Shown in pieces: positions 1 to 14,469 of a stretch of 64,000 bases of DNA. Source of the DNA: Octopus vulgaris (taxonomy: Eukaryota); the NCBI GenBank assembly GCA_951406725.2, contig OX597827.1:20460001-20524000 (forward strand), in the 5' to 3' direction. The number at the start of each line of letters is the position of its first letter. Positions within the stretch are counted from its first letter, which is position 1. The notes beneath the pieces are model-generated. The model was not told the DNA's origin. It did no database searches and saw only the letters and a program-made list of their open reading frames with translations. A program made the translations under genes and the position numbers.

Positions 1-612
1 TAATGGTTAGATATTCTTTTCGACAACTGAGACGATGAGCTACCTATGTAAAGAAAGACATCAGAACCGGAAGTAATTTTACATTGATAAACAGAGTTTT
101 TAGTTTTAGAATTACTGCTAAGGAAACGAATACGAAGTATAAATAATTTGAATAACACCTGCGTTTGACTCCATTCCTTAATTTATCCATGTTACACAAA
201 AAACATTTCACTTAACCCTGGAATTTCTACCATTATAAGTAGGCTGTAATATCCTTGGCACTTCTGTGAATTTTTGCTCCTCTAGTAACTATTTATTTAT
301 TTATTTATTTATTTATTTATTCCGTATTGTGCAAAATTGTGGGTTCAATTCCCTGACCAGGCGGTGCGTTGTGTTCTTGAGCAAAATACTTCGTTTCATG
401 TTGCTCCAGTTCACTCAGCTGTAAATGGGTACCCCTGCGAAGGAATAGTCTTTCGATCAGAGGGAATGTTGACCTGCCCACCTGGCCAGCGAGGTAGGAT
501 CGTTTCCACAACTAAAACCAAGCGAAGCGCATTGTGATCAATAATATGCAACAACATCCGATAGTCTGGTTAATACCGTGGTACCGTGTGAAATATACAT
601 ACATACATACAT

Positions 613-679
<67 letters not shown>

Positions 680-680
<1 letters not shown>

Positions 681-1413
681 TAGCTGAATTACCCGGTAGC
701 AGGGGTTATTTCCTGTTCCCGTTCCCATTACACTGTTTAATATCCTATCCCGTTCCTTGCTCAGTTCCCGTTTTAGTTCTGCTCCCATCCCTATCCCTAA
801 TCCTATATCAATACGTACACACAGGTAATCACGAGTTTAAAATGGAGTATAGTAGACATATATATATATGTATGCATGTATGTATGTATGTATGTATGTA
901 TGTATGTATGTATGTATGTATGTATGTATGTATGTATGTTTGTTTGTATGTATGTATGTCTGAGTGAGTGTTTCTTTGTGATGGACAGCAGAAAAGCCAT
1001 CAACCCCCTCTCCTTAAAGCTATGCATTCCTCACACCCACCTTTCTGTGTGTGTGTGTGGTTTCTATATATTTACGAAAGTATGTATGCAGCGTCGCGTG
1101 TATATGACTGCTTTATTAACGTTACCATCCGATTTTCACCGCTGTTCTCGCCTTCACTGATATAACTCACCCTCTCTCTGTTACTACCCCAGTCTTATAA
1201 TTTTGCAACCTTCCCATTTTATCATATAATTCGCCCGACGCCCCTGGAGGGCACATTATAGATTTTTATTGAAATCCAAATAGCCTATTATTGAAGTGGA
1301 TGTTAGTGTCACATATATGCAACGTTTCGTAAGTATTGGTTTGGTGGTTTAGGCACTAAATTGGTAACAGACGGACAGAAAGACAGACAGAAAGTGCCAT
1401 TTATATGTATAGA
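680..1413 (-). mobile_element. Non-autonomous Helitron-like element
   Basis: On minus: A|TCTATACATATAAA...(CTGT)n at the 5' end and a GC-rich subterminal segment plus CTAG|T at the 3' end; no TSD. Confidence 0.7.
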
Positions 1414-1876
1414 TACGTGTGTGCGTGTGTATGTGTGTTATGCGTTCATACATACGTGCACACACACATACACATACCTTAAAACTAGATAAGTATAAAC
1501 TGTTATATTATTTGGTATATCAGTGGGTAATTTTTCGGTTATGCTATATTTTTTGAATAACTTTGATATCAATCAGACAGAAATTGAAGCAATTCTTGGT
1601 GCAGATAGCAACAATAGTATTAGTCCTTTTGTTAAGCCTTCGTTAGTCACCTGACCTTTCCGAACATGGTTAGTCACATGGGGTGTTTACACACCCCGAT
1701 ACAAAAATATTTGTTGTTTTAGTATTGTGTAAAATATCCTCATTCTGTGGGTTCAGTATATATCAGCAATCACACTGAGGGGTTCGAAACCCTTGTAGTT
1801 GATTGACATTAATATAAAACAATACAATAAAATAAACACACCCTCACTAAATCAGAAGAGAAGAGGAAGGAAGCAA

Positions 1877-1932
<56 letters not shown>

Positions 1933-4835
1933 GTTGCCAACTAGAAATTATGATAATTTAACAAAATTTGGGGTGACAACACACCCCATGTGATTAACGA
2001 ATGGGGTTAATTGTGGAATGTAGAGAGTTATTGGCAGATTTTGTCGCGAATTATATCGTCTCATTGTTAAGAAGCGTTGATATGATGGACGATGTGTGGT
2101 CGGCTGTTTGTGTCTGTTACATTGATGCACCTCATCTGTTAAAACTCTAAGATCGGAATTGCGGTTGTTACAGACACAGCGGAAGTTCAAACTCAACAGA
2201 ACACCCACCCACCCATCCATTCCACCCTACCATCAATCATCTTTGTTACATGGACCACCACCACCACCATCACCACCACAGTTATTACAAACACTTGACC
2301 TTGCTCACCGTCATTATAGACTTCACATCACTAAACACTATTGTAATCATAATCATTATTTAAACGTCAGCACATGAAAAATAAACACACCACCACCAGC
2401 ACCACCACCAGTAATACAACCGCCATCATTACCACCATCACCACCACAACACAACAATTCATTACCGCCGCCATCGCCACTAGCGCTACGCCATAACAAC
2501 AATGGCAAGTCTAATATATCAATAGTAATCGGTCAATCGTTATGATAGTTAAAAATCAGCGATGCTCGATCAATTCCGTAGTTAAGGAGGCGTGTGATAA
2601 AGGTCTTCTCAACAGTTTCACAATTTAACTGACAACATTTGCTCCTCTATTGAATGTCATCAACTCATCTTCATATTGTCTTTTTCCACCATTTTAATAT
2701 TTCACATTTCAAGTGCTTTATCATTTCCAGCTGTTGGATTCTGTCATTTTCTTTAGCGAGTTGTTGTTTTTCTTCCTTTTCTGTCTGTCTGTCTGTCTCT
2801 CACTTCCCCCCTCTCTCTCTGTGCGCACATGCGTGCTGTGTGTAGACATACATACATGCGTGCATACACATACATAATACATACAGACATGCATACATAC
2901 ATAGATACGTACGTACATACATACAGACATACACACGTACATACATACATGCATACATGCATACATACATACATACATACATACATACATACATACATAC
3001 ATACATACATACATACATACATACGTACGTACATAGTATTTGATTCCATGTTGACTCAAATCGACTCTTCTTTTAAAGCTTCGTCGGTGCAGATGTCCCT
3101 CTCCATCTTCAGCTGAAAGATGGCTTCTTAGTGAGAATATTTGTGTCTCCATTGGTCAGTTGAAGCCATGTGAACAGTTTGATAAAATAGCGAAGCCAGA
3201 TAATTGTAAATGTGTCCACGTGGCAGGGTCAGTTGGCGTCAGATGATCGGTGGCCTGAAGCATTTGAAAATTCACGGACATTAAATCCTGGACTGGAAGC
3301 AGTGGGGGTGGCCAATTTATTGGAACCAATCTGTTTGCCTGTCAAGCACAGCTTGGTTGTGTAACTTTAGTCGGTTGATGGCGGGTCACGATGATAGTAT
3401 ACAGAAGGGAAATAATTTCTCTGTGAATAAACAATAATTGTATATCATACGACTGTGCATGGGTCAGCTAGGGCTCAGCTGGCCTTTCCGGATTATCAAC
3501 AACCAATGTTTGAAGGTCAAGCACAGGCCATATCTTTAGTGATGACAATAGAACAGATCGGTTTTTCTGTTGATGGATACTGTAGGCTGTAACCTTATAT
3601 TCAGTTTCCCACGGGATACATGCTGGATTGCCTCGTATTTATATGTTTAATCTTGGCGTACCTGTTGATGAAGGCTCCGCCTAGCAAATTATTTTATTTG
3701 CTAATATAGAGCTAGAAACCATGGTCCATGAGATAGATGGTGTTTTTATTTTTCATTCCCTTGAAATTTATCCCTAACAGTGGTTTGTACTTTGGCTATT
3801 CCTTCTAACGAGCTAGGTATCCTATGATGGTTACCTCTTATGTGTTTAAATGTACACTGTATGTGTGTGTACACCACTTACATAATTGTGTGCATTCGTA
3901 TGTATACACACAAATGTATGATATTAATTACATCTAGAATGTGGTTTTGACCAGGAGAAATTGATATCATCAAATGCTATCCAACGATTATTGGTTGTTT
4001 CGGCTCTGAACCGTAACACACTCCCGTTGGTGAGTCGGAAGTGGTGGCCATATCTCATCCTTTCCTGGCTTCCTGCTTAACTCCTCTTTCTAGCTCCACA
4101 ACCAAACAACAGCTTCTTTCTGCTGCCTCCCCCATTCTGTATACAGCTACCTTTCGCTCTCTTCCTCTTATTCTAATGGTTGTAATCATTCTCCATACTG
4201 ATTGGCCAGGAAATTCCCTACAGTAAATTTCGACTGGGAATAACCATGACTGCTATCTCTTCTCACTGAAATCCTGGAAACTGCTCTGATACTTGGTACG
4301 CACGTCCACTCAAAAATTTGAATGCACTCTTCTTCTCACGGGATTTTAAGGGCGATCAGGATTATTTTCTTTGCCTTCTCAGACTACAAAACTACGTCAA
4401 GCCCCAGGGTTGTCTGGACAACTTGGGGGCATTGCAGTCTTTCCCCCGGGTCTTGGGGACACTGCAGTCTTTCGTATCACATGACTGAAATATGCCGTGT
4501 GTATGTATGTATGTATATTTGGGGTGGGGTATCTATGTGTATATGCATGTGCTTTTGTATACGGTGTGTCGAGTTCCGTCCGTTTATCTCGAAAACAGGT
4601 ACTTGGCCGTTCGATGAATGAAAGATCAATAAATACGTCCCAGATTGAAAACGGTAATGAGGTCCGATATGATCGATTGAACCATCTGTACTCAAACTAA
4701 TAAGCACTGGTTCATCTCTCCAAAGATATCAGTAAGATTTTCCCACCCCACTCTCCTTTCTATTAAGAAAATAGAGTTGCGTTTATATAATTCTCCTTTC
4801 AACAGGTAGCTGATTTCTCAGAATTATGGGTTCAA

Positions 4836-4887
<52 letters not shown>

Positions 4888-5269
4888 ATGTATGACTGTG
4901 TAAACGAAATAATTAGACATTCCGATTTACCCGCGCTTTTGTCAATCCTCACAACTCCACCCTTTGATCAAACCTCTCGAAGGTGGTGGTGCTCCAGCGC
5001 AGACGCCGTCCAACGGCTGAAGCTGATTATAGAGTAAACAGTTGAATTGGAATAACACTTTGGAGAAGTTTGTTTTGAAGCCGTAAACAGCAGCGCCCTC
5101 TTGTAAGAGGAAATAGAGAGAGGAGTGGAACATAACCATCCTGTAATAACATGTTCCATGTCAGTCTTCATTAATGGCTGTCGGAAACATTTCAATCATT
5201 TCTCTTTCAGTTCACTTTATTTATTTCAGTTGTTTTCTGCTTTCTTTATTTCACTTCTTATTTCACCCA

Positions 5270-5645
5270 CCACCTCCTCTTCTGCCTTCTCTCTCTCTCC
5301 TTCCCAACTCTCTTCTTCTTCTTCTTCTTCTTCTTCTTCTTCTTCTTCTCTCTCTCTCTCTCGTCCCCCCCCACTGCATCCCTTTCTCTATATCTGTTTC
5401 CATCTACGCCTCTCTTGTTTACTATCTTTATCTCCCCCCCTCTCTCTCTCTCTTCCAATCTTCCTCTCTGCATATACATCTCTCTTCCACACACACTTCC
5501 TCTCTCTCTCCCCCCTCCCCACCTCTCTTCTATTTCCATCTTGCGTGCCAAATTGCTTCTTTAATATTTTCTTCATTTTCCATTTAGTTTGTATCTCTCT
5601 CCCTCTCTCATTCCCTACCTCTTTCTTATCCCTTCTCTCATACCC

Positions 5646-5692
<47 letters not shown>

Positions 5693-5840
5693 ACTCTTCC
5701 TACATATTTTTCTCTCTCTCTCTCTTTCTATAATTTTCTCTCTCCTTTTTAGACCATATTCCCCACCTTCTTACTCTCACTTTCTCTGTCTCCTTCAAAA
5801 TTCTTTTCCTTTTTCACCTCCCCCTCCCCCCTCTCTCTTT
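5270..5840 (+). repeat. Polypyrimidine low-complexity tract ((CT)n, (CTT)n)
   Basis: Direct reading; explains several spurious ORFs. Confidence 0.9.
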
Positions 5841-6928
5841 TATTTCCACTACAAAAACTGGAGACCATTTTCATCAGCGAGTGACATATTACATTTCAGA
5901 AATATCGCCAGGAAAAGCCGCAACTAGTAAACTTCCTGTAGACCCATCCTGAAAGAGGGTCGACCTCTTTTTCATGTAACAATGCGTTATTTATCAGACA
6001 ACTACTGTATCTAGTCTGGTGCCACACTACTTTGAGTCCGATTCCAACCAAGTATCCCTTGTCTGGTCATCCAATAAGTGACGAGCATGAAAGGATCAGC
6101 GATATTCCCACTACTGTCCAGCGAAACCAAGCGCCGACGAGGTGGCAGACGACCGCCGGCGGAGCGAGCGGCTGTCACCGGTGTAGTCGTCGGCGACGAT
6201 GTTATGTTGTTAGTTCCTTCTCGAGCCATGCCTGGCTCATAAGGGCCGATTTCCCGGCTTCTTTGGCGTATAGGTTCCTTCCCCACCTGGACGGGACGCT
6301 TGTCCGTCGCAGGTGAGCTGCAAGATGAAAGAGTGAGAAAAGTTGTGGCGAAAGAGTCAGCAGAAGTTCGCCATTACCTTCTGCCGGAGCCGCGTGGAGC
6401 TTAGATGTTTTCACTCATAAACACACACATCGCCCAGTCTGAGATTCGAACCCGCGATCCCTCGACCGCGAGTCCGCTGCTCTAACCACTAGGCCATGTG
6501 CCTCCACAAGGCAACGATGGCGTCTCAGCAGGAAGCAGCGGACCGAATCCCCTCGTTTGCTCAGACAAAGTTGTTGCTCGATCCTGATAGAGTAGATTTA
6601 TCATCAAATGCGTTCCAGTTATGACCACCTCATTCTATTGTTTATCATTCGAGCCGGGCCTAATATTAACGAGTTATTTAAATATGTAAGGTATTAAAAA
6701 CTTGTTTCAGTTTTCTTGCGGCTCATCCATCCACCTTGCAAGTCCCACGATGAATAAGACCTACATCTATCTCACATGACACAATAATATGTGCTTTCTG
6801 AAAAATGCGCTTCACTTTCAACTTGCTTTTTTGTTTTATCTGCTATTGTCCCTCACTTTATAACTTCCGCTATAAAGCTTGTGTTTATCACTTGTTGAGC
6901 AAACTGAAGAGATTTTATTAGACTTTAT

Positions 6929-7351
6929 GGATCTTTTCGGTTTGAACGGCAGTTTTTAACATAATTTCTAGGTAACTAAAAAATTTTAAACTTCGTATAC
7001 TGGTAGAATGTGTTTATAAAACATCATATTCTCTTGGCTTTATTGAGAAAATTCTGTAGTTTGTAACATATTTCGTCTTTAATTTCTTGCATTTCGGCAA
7101 TTTTAACCAATCACTGGCTTCTATTGAGTTAAAAAGCATTCTGTGCCGTATGAATATGTCCCTCGTTTAAGAAACAGATTGGGTTTATTTACATTTGTGA
7201 AGAAAAAAAGATACCCTCTCCCCCTAACCCTAACTAACCCTAACCCTAAAATAGATTAAAATGCAATAGATCGATACTAGGGTCATAATTATGGGTGACA
7301 ATTTCATATGACACCGCTAGAAAAAAACTGCCGTTCAAACCGAAAAGATCC
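6929..7351 (-). mobile_element. MITE family 1 (29-bp TIR GGATCTTTTCGGTTTGAACGGCAGTTTTT), copy 1
   Basis: TIRs at both ends; flanks gactttat/gactttac (8-bp TSD, 1 mismatch); internal (CCCTAA)n; opposite orientation to the other copies. Confidence 0.92.
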
Positions 7352-8171
7352 GACTTTACACTCACGCATATTCTAAACATACGTACACAACACCTTGTTT
7401 GTTGTGTAACGTAACTGTATGTATGTATGTATGTATGTATGTATGTATGTATGTATGTATTTATGTATGTATTTATGTATGGATGTATCAATGTTATCTT
7501 TTTTTAAAAATTTATCCCCGTCCCTGGAATTTGGATAATAATAACGATAAGAATTAATTGTTGAAGTGCATTGAAAATTTCACAGAATATGTTTGCGAAG
7601 AGTATGTTAGCTGGTCACATTTTTGGTTTAAAAGACCCAGTTTTTCAAGATGGCTACCGACACATTCATTGACATCGTCAAGTACAGCAGTAATTATTGA
7701 TATAAAAGTGAGTTTACAATCTATGTTCAGAATCTGTAAACTTCGAAGTCGGTGTCTGTAAATACTTTGAAAGAAATGCTCATGCCGGCAGGGCAATTGA
7801 CCCCTATGGTCCCTTCCCACCCCTCTCTTTCTTACTATCCCTAATAACTATTTTAGGCTTGTTAGGTTCTGATAAGCCAGCAATATTCCCTGTGTTGATA
7901 TATACATGCATACGCGTGCGCGCGCACACACACACATACAACATGCAATCCATCTGAAGATTAACCAGCTATTTAACAAGGCTGATGATAGTTGTGGCTC
8001 CAAAGTTGGAGATAGTATTCATCGTATTTTCGATAAATAGTCTCCTACGCCAAAAACGCCACTTGTCGCTTCGATGTATTTATGTATGTATGTATGTATG
8101 TATGTGTGTGTATGCACGTATGTAGTACATACATACATACATACATACATACATACATACATACATACATA

Positions 8172-8285
8172 CAAAAATACCCTGTTGTTGATGTTGAAAT
8201 TCCAATGAAGGAACCTTGGATCTAGGTTAGAAACCGGTTCTTTCTCTATTGGCAAGAAATCTTGAAATAAACTAAATAATGACAT
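8172..8285 (+). mobile_element. Second, 5'-truncated copy of the same LINE 3' tail
   Basis: Near-identical to 8801-8913; flanked both sides by (CATA)n. Confidence 0.85.
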
Positions 8286-8304
8286 GCATACATACATACA
8301 TACA

Positions 8305-8338
<34 letters not shown>

Positions 8339-8341
8339 CAT

Positions 8342-8739
8342 ACATTTGGGATAAAGACGAGAAACTGTTTGCAGTTGTGGAAATTAAATGCCCAGCAAAT
8401 GTTAACATAAAACTGAAGATGAGTGAAAAAGAGAATACCTACGTTGAACTATTGAGAAATCTGCAGTTACTCTATCCAGATTACAAGTTCAGATTTATGC
8501 CTGTAATTATTGGAGCCCTGGGATATATAACACACTGGCTAAATACCTATCTTGAGAAATTAGGCTTCTTAGAATCAAAAAGGAGCAAGCTAATTCGACG
8601 ACTACAGGTCCAATCCATCACTGGAACTGTAAAAATCTCTAAAACTTTCCAGAAGTTTAGCATATAAATACAGATGAGCATATCTAGATATGTAACTATA
8701 TGCATAAGTATACATACATAAGGCAAAACATACAAATCT

Positions 8740-8789
<50 letters not shown>

Positions 8790-8915
8790 ACACATACATA
8801 CAAAAATACTCTGTTGTTGATGTTGAGATTCCAATGAAGGAGCCTTGAATCTAGGTTAGAAACTGGCTCTTTCTCTATTGGCAAGAAATCTTGAAATAAA
8901 ACTGAACAATAACTT
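8342..8915 (+). mobile_element. 3' end of an R4/Dong-like RLE LINE in (CATA)n
   Basis: IWDKDEKLFAVVEIKCP...EKENTY.ELLRNLQ...PVIIGALG is the restriction-like endonuclease C-terminus; stop at 8667; 3' UTR ends in tacatacat. Confidence 0.8.
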
Positions 8916-9348
8916 ACATACATGACAGTAGTATCTGGTAGTCAGAGATAGACGGTTCTAGAATTATTTGAACAACCTGCACAAATGATTTGTTTCTAGT
9001 GAGCAAATGTGTGTATGCTGTAGAATAGCTCACTCGCCGCATCACATTGACGCTGCCCGAATAGGCTCCCGGTCTAACACCACACGTCACATGTCCAAGT
9101 TGTGGCTGAGTAACGTGAGATGAAGTGTTTTGTTCAAGAACATAACACTCCACACGGTCTAGGAATTGAAACCACGATCTCGCGATTGTGAGTGTAACAT
9201 ACTAAACACTAGCCCATGTGCCTTCACACGCGCGCGCACAAACATATATATATATATATACACACACACACATACACATAAATGTATATACACACGTATC
9301 AACACAGGGAATATTGGTGAATCATCAGAATGTCTGTCAAGTGCAAGA

Positions 9349-9427
<79 letters not shown>

Positions 9428-9502
9428 GGTGCCCCAGCATGGCCACAGCTCATAAGCTGAAACTGGAATCAATCAATCAATCAATCAATATATATATATA
9501 TA

Positions 9503-10200
9503 TGTTTGGACTGACTATCAACATCAAGAAGACTGAAGTTATATTCCAACTAAGGCCTGGAGCAGAACATACTCAAGACTCAAACGTGATGATTGACAAT
9601 AAGCCACTCAAATGGGTTTGGGTCATTTAAATATCTTGGAACTACAGTAAACTTCAAGAGTGCTCTTGATGACGAAATCAATGTTAGAATAGCTAAGGCT
9701 GCAAGTGGTTTTGGAAGACTTGCCCATCGTTTCTTGGATGAACACGATGTCAGTCTGAAAACTAAAATACGTGTATACAAATCTTGCATTTTCAGCATGG
9801 ACTCCCTACAACAGACATAGAAAGGAACTTGAAACCTTTCACATGTGCTGTTTGCACATATAAAATATAAAATGGCAAGATAAGATGTCCAATGCCAGCA
9901 TTTTAGAAAAATGTGGATCTCCAGTATCCAAAGCATTCTGATGAGAATCCAGTGCAGATGGCTAGGACATATTGTTCGAATGAGGAATGAGCACATTCCG
10001 ACAATTCTTGTGTATGACCAACAAGTGGAGGGAAACTGAGGTAAAGGAAGACCCATCCTTATGTATAAGGCTAAGTTGAAGCAATCACTAACATTTCTAC
10101 AGCTTATCCTGACATTTTCGGAGAGTCGTTGCCGAGATCGATCTGCACGGCGTAAAATATGTCAGGATGCATTCCAAATAATTTGAGTTGAAGATAAAAG
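9503..10200 (+). mobile_element. RTE-clade LINE RT fragment
   Basis: FGLTINIKKTEV, FKYLG, DEINVRIAKAASGFGRL, W.GHIVRM motifs with frameshifts. Confidence 0.85.
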
Positions 10201-10419
10201 AACACATAGAAAAACTATATCTCGCAACGAACCGATACACTTGCTCAATTCCAGGCAAAATCAAAATCCTCAATGTCCCCTTTGCGACTTCGTAACAAGA
10301 TCCATTCCTGGCTCTGAAATTGCATGTATATCAAGTAAACCAAGATTCTTGCACAACCAGCCCCAAATACCAGCTTACCAGGTATTTATGTTACCATCTT
10401 GGATAAACCTCTCGAAAAA

Positions 10420-11150
10420 GTAGCGTATTTTTCATATCTAGGCAGCCTTTTATCAAACAAGTGCATCTCAGAAAAGGATGTGGACCACAGAATTGGAAGT
10501 GCATACGGGGCATTTGGAAAGTTAAGCAAACGTGTCTTCAACAGCAAAGATCTTAACAACGAAAATTATGGTTTATAATGCTGCTGTCATCTCAGCCTTG
10601 TTATATGGCTGCGAAACCTAGACTCAATATCATCGCGACATCCATAAATTAGAATGTTTTTTGCTACAAAAGCTTCGTTCACTCTTGAGCCTCAAATGGG
10701 AACACTATGTGACCAACGAGAAAGTCCTGGAAAGAGCCAAAGTATCGAATCGCTGATCATGAAACACCATCATCGATGGTCAAGACATGTAGCAAGAATG
10801 GAAGAGTGAAGGCCTAGTTTTATTCAGTGAGCTCACTTCGGGAAGAAGATCGTGGGGCTGGCCTCTTCGAAGATAGAACTACCAACTCAAAGCAACACTG
10901 AATGCCACTGGAATTGAGCCCAAATCGTTCGAAACACAAGCTCGAGACTGTACCAAGTGGCAGTATTCCATTACCATCGGAACCAAAAACTTCGAAGCCA
11001 CCAGAAGAGAAAAGGAAGAAATCAAACGACAGAAGAGGAAAGCTCCGACAAAACCAACCTCCTCCTCCGCCAACATTGCCATGCCAGCCAATGCCTTTGA
11101 CTCTTCTATGCAAGAATTGGTCTACAGAGTCATCGACGGCATCGCCATAA
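10420..11150 (+). mobile_element. Second RTE-clade LINE fragment
   Basis: FSYLGS...DVDHRIGSA.GAFGKL, LLYGCET, HVARM, LFSEL motifs, decayed. Confidence 0.8.
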
Positions 11151-11220
11151 AGGAAGCGTTCAGCAAAGAAGAAAATAAATACTCGGGTACAAGATAAAGC
11201 CGACGACGGTTCATAGTATC

Positions 11221-11294
<74 letters not shown>

Positions 11295-12060
11295 TGCGTA
11301 TGTGTGCGTGCATATATTTATGTGTATATGTAATGTATGTATGTATGCGTGCCTGTTGAATTGTAAACATGAAGGCATATGATAAATACACATTTTGTGT
11401 GTGTGTGTGTGTGTGTGTCAGTCTGTCTGCGTCTTTGTATACACAGTTAAACAAGAGGTTTGCTTCTCGTGAAAACAATCTCATCATAGAAATGTTTGAC
11501 ACCAAAACTTGGTCAAGTTACCAAATGTTTATTTAAATAAGATATTAACAAGTGTTTCTTGATGGCTTCACATTCGTATACGATTCCTATTTATTTTTTT
11601 ATGTACGCCTGTGTGTGTGTGTCTACTACTGTAATACATTGCATGTGTTATTTCGGTACAATATTCTCTCGGGGTGGAGATCAGCAGTTCAGAACCTAAG
11701 AGAGGGAGGGAGGCAAGATGATTTTATAGATAAGAATGACTGGAGGTTGTTGGGGGTGGGGAGTCACCCGTATTTACTGACATAATATTAATTCCTCACC
11801 GCAGGCCGTCATTGAATTCTTCATTAATGTTAATTAACATCTCACTGTTGTCTCCTGCTGCCATTCTTGCCCTCCCCTCGATACGAATGTCATTTTAATT
11901 CATTAAAATTTGATTGTTTACTATGTTAAATTTTTTAGCACCGACATAGCTCAATAGATAAATTATTAAGCTACATGCTCATAGGTCACAAGTTCAAACA
12001 CATCTCAAGTATTTCTTTGAGTTTCTGCATCACACACACACACACATACACACACACACA

Positions 12061-12131
<71 letters not shown>

Positions 12132-12186
12132 CAGAAAATGGACAAAACTTTTGATCAACAAACAAACAAATTGACCAATAACATTT

Positions 12187-12298
12187 CTAACGGCCGTTTC
12201 GGCTGCTAATGTCAGTCAGAGTCTACAAAGAGAATTCCAAAAATAATATTCGTCATCTTTATAGCACATTCGATCTAATAAATGGGGCTTCATCAGAG
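12187..12298 (-). ncRNA. Degenerate hammerhead motif with long stem II insert
   Basis: Minus CT-CTGATGA-AGCC...GCC-GAAA-CGGCCG-TT-AG inside a (TA)n-bounded element (~12130-12380). Confidence 0.45.
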
Positions 12299-12395
12299 CG
12301 AATAGAAATACGTAAAATAAAAGAAGGGAAGAGGAAAGAGGAAAGAACAGGGCCTCGAGACGAGGCCAAAAGGTTCAATATATATATATAATATG

Positions 12396-12832
12396 GGATC
12401 TTTTCGGTTTGAACGGCAGTTTTTTCTAGCGGTGTCATGAAATTGTCACCCATAATTATGACCCTAGTATCGATCTATTGCATTTCAATCTGTTTTAGGA
12501 TTAGGGTTAGTTAGGGTTAGGGTTAGGGTTAGGGGTGGGGAGAAGGGTATCTTTTTTTTCTTCACAAATGTAAGTAAACCCAATCTGTTTCTTAAACTAG
12601 GGACATATTCATACGGCACAGGATGTTTTCACCTCAATAGACGTCAATGATTGGTTGAAGTTGCAGAAATTGAAGAAAAAAACAACAAATATCTTACAAA
12701 CTATAGAATTTTCTCAATAAAGCCAAGAGAAAAAGATGTTTTATAAACACATTCTACCAGTATACGAAGTTTAAAATTTTTTAGTTACGTGGAAATTATT
12801 TTTAAAAACTGCCGTTCAAACCGAAAAGATCC
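12396..12832 (+). mobile_element. MITE family 1, copy 2
   Basis: TIRs; perfect 8-bp TSD ataatatg; longest TTAGGG tract (~12494-12535). Confidence 0.95.
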
Positions 12833-12890
12833 ATAATATGTACATAATATATATATATATGTATTCTGCAATTGCTGTGTTACGTTTTTG

Positions 12891-12963
<73 letters not shown>

Positions 12964-13404
12964 TGTGTGTATACACGCGCGCGCGTACACTTATACTTAG
13001 ACAGACAATTCACACGTACGATGAGAAAGGAAGGGATCAATGATTAGGCAGTCACTGTACTTGCTAGAAATAGCAGCCGAATTCTCTTGAACACCATACT
13101 ATCGCTTTGAAAGGAAAAGAAAGAAGATATTAGACAATCTAGTTGTAGGAACACCAGTCACGTCTAAAACGCCTCTGATTCTAGTCAAACCAGCGATGGT
13201 AGATATTTGGAAAGTGGAATATTTTTCTTGATAACATTTCGTATTTTCTCAAGTTGATTTCATTAAGGGCCGACGTCGAACCATCTGAGTCCCCACCACC
13301 ACCACCACAACCACCGCCTGTTCTCACAACATTTCATTCATCACCTGCTACGCAATGTTTAGACAGAGATATATTAATATTTTTCTGTCTGTCTGTCCCA
13401 CTTT

Positions 13405-13476
<72 letters not shown>

Positions 13477-14338
13477 AGACAGACAGAAAGGGAGACACAC
13501 ACACACACACATAGGTAGGGTGGGAATGCATATATGTTTCAATCAAATAACTGATTAACCATTTGTTGACTCAGTGCATTACATATTATCTTTGTGTGTG
13601 TGTGTTTAGTAATGTGTTCTTTATGCAGAGGTCCTCCGTGGGAAATTTCCTCGTCTCATTCATTTTATATTGTGCCTAATCAGCAAATGTTTTAATCTTC
13701 ACTCAAGTTCTTTGTATTCTGTCAAAGGACTGCTAAGTCGGAGTATATCACTCTACGGAAACCAACAGGAATCCCTCTGTACAATCGAATACTGAACCTC
13801 TGAATATCGGGTATGCTACTTCCTCACTCAGATATTCCCAACCATTGCAATGGCACAACACTAATCGTCAAAAGACATGATGCCACATCACTTGGAGTTT
13901 AAAATCATATCAAGAAATATTTCCTGCTGATAATTGATCCATTCCCCGAAAAAGGCTCAGTGCAATGTTCAAAGATATTCAGTTTCTTACCGCGTAAAGG
14001 TTTTACTTTAGCCATTGTTGCACTGGACCTGGCAGGTCCTGTATTTTACAGGGGAAACTTTGTGTTGGTAATACAAGAGTTGGCAATACTGTTCCTTCAT
14101 AGTCGCATCACAGAAAGTAAGAATAATGTTCAGCTTGAAACTTTGGAATAAACGCTTCAGAATAAGACCAGTCGGTTGTCAATCCCTTTTTCACTTGAAA
14201 TACACGGAGATCATAATTCTCTCGTCATTTTGAATGCATATCCAAGCATTACACACACACACATATATATATATATATGCATTTGCGTATATATATTATT
14301 ACACATTTAGATGTATATATGTATGTGAAGCGTGTATG

Positions 14339-14372
<34 letters not shown>

Positions 14373-14422
14373 ATGTGTGTGTGTGTATGTATACATATAT
14401 GTACGTATATGATTTATGTATG

Positions 14423-14469
<47 letters not shown>

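Noticed and set aside
5090-5106. CTCF-like GCGCCCTCTTGT (also ~46259)
   Set aside because: Partial match lacking the terminal GG; expected by chance.
6011-6320. GC/CpG-rich patch with overlapping ORFs
   Set aside because: No recognisable domain or splice structure; abuts a SINE and is probably repeat-derived.
12494-12540. TTAGGG arrays as telomere or chromosome-fusion relics
   Set aside because: All lie at the same internal position of MITE family 1.
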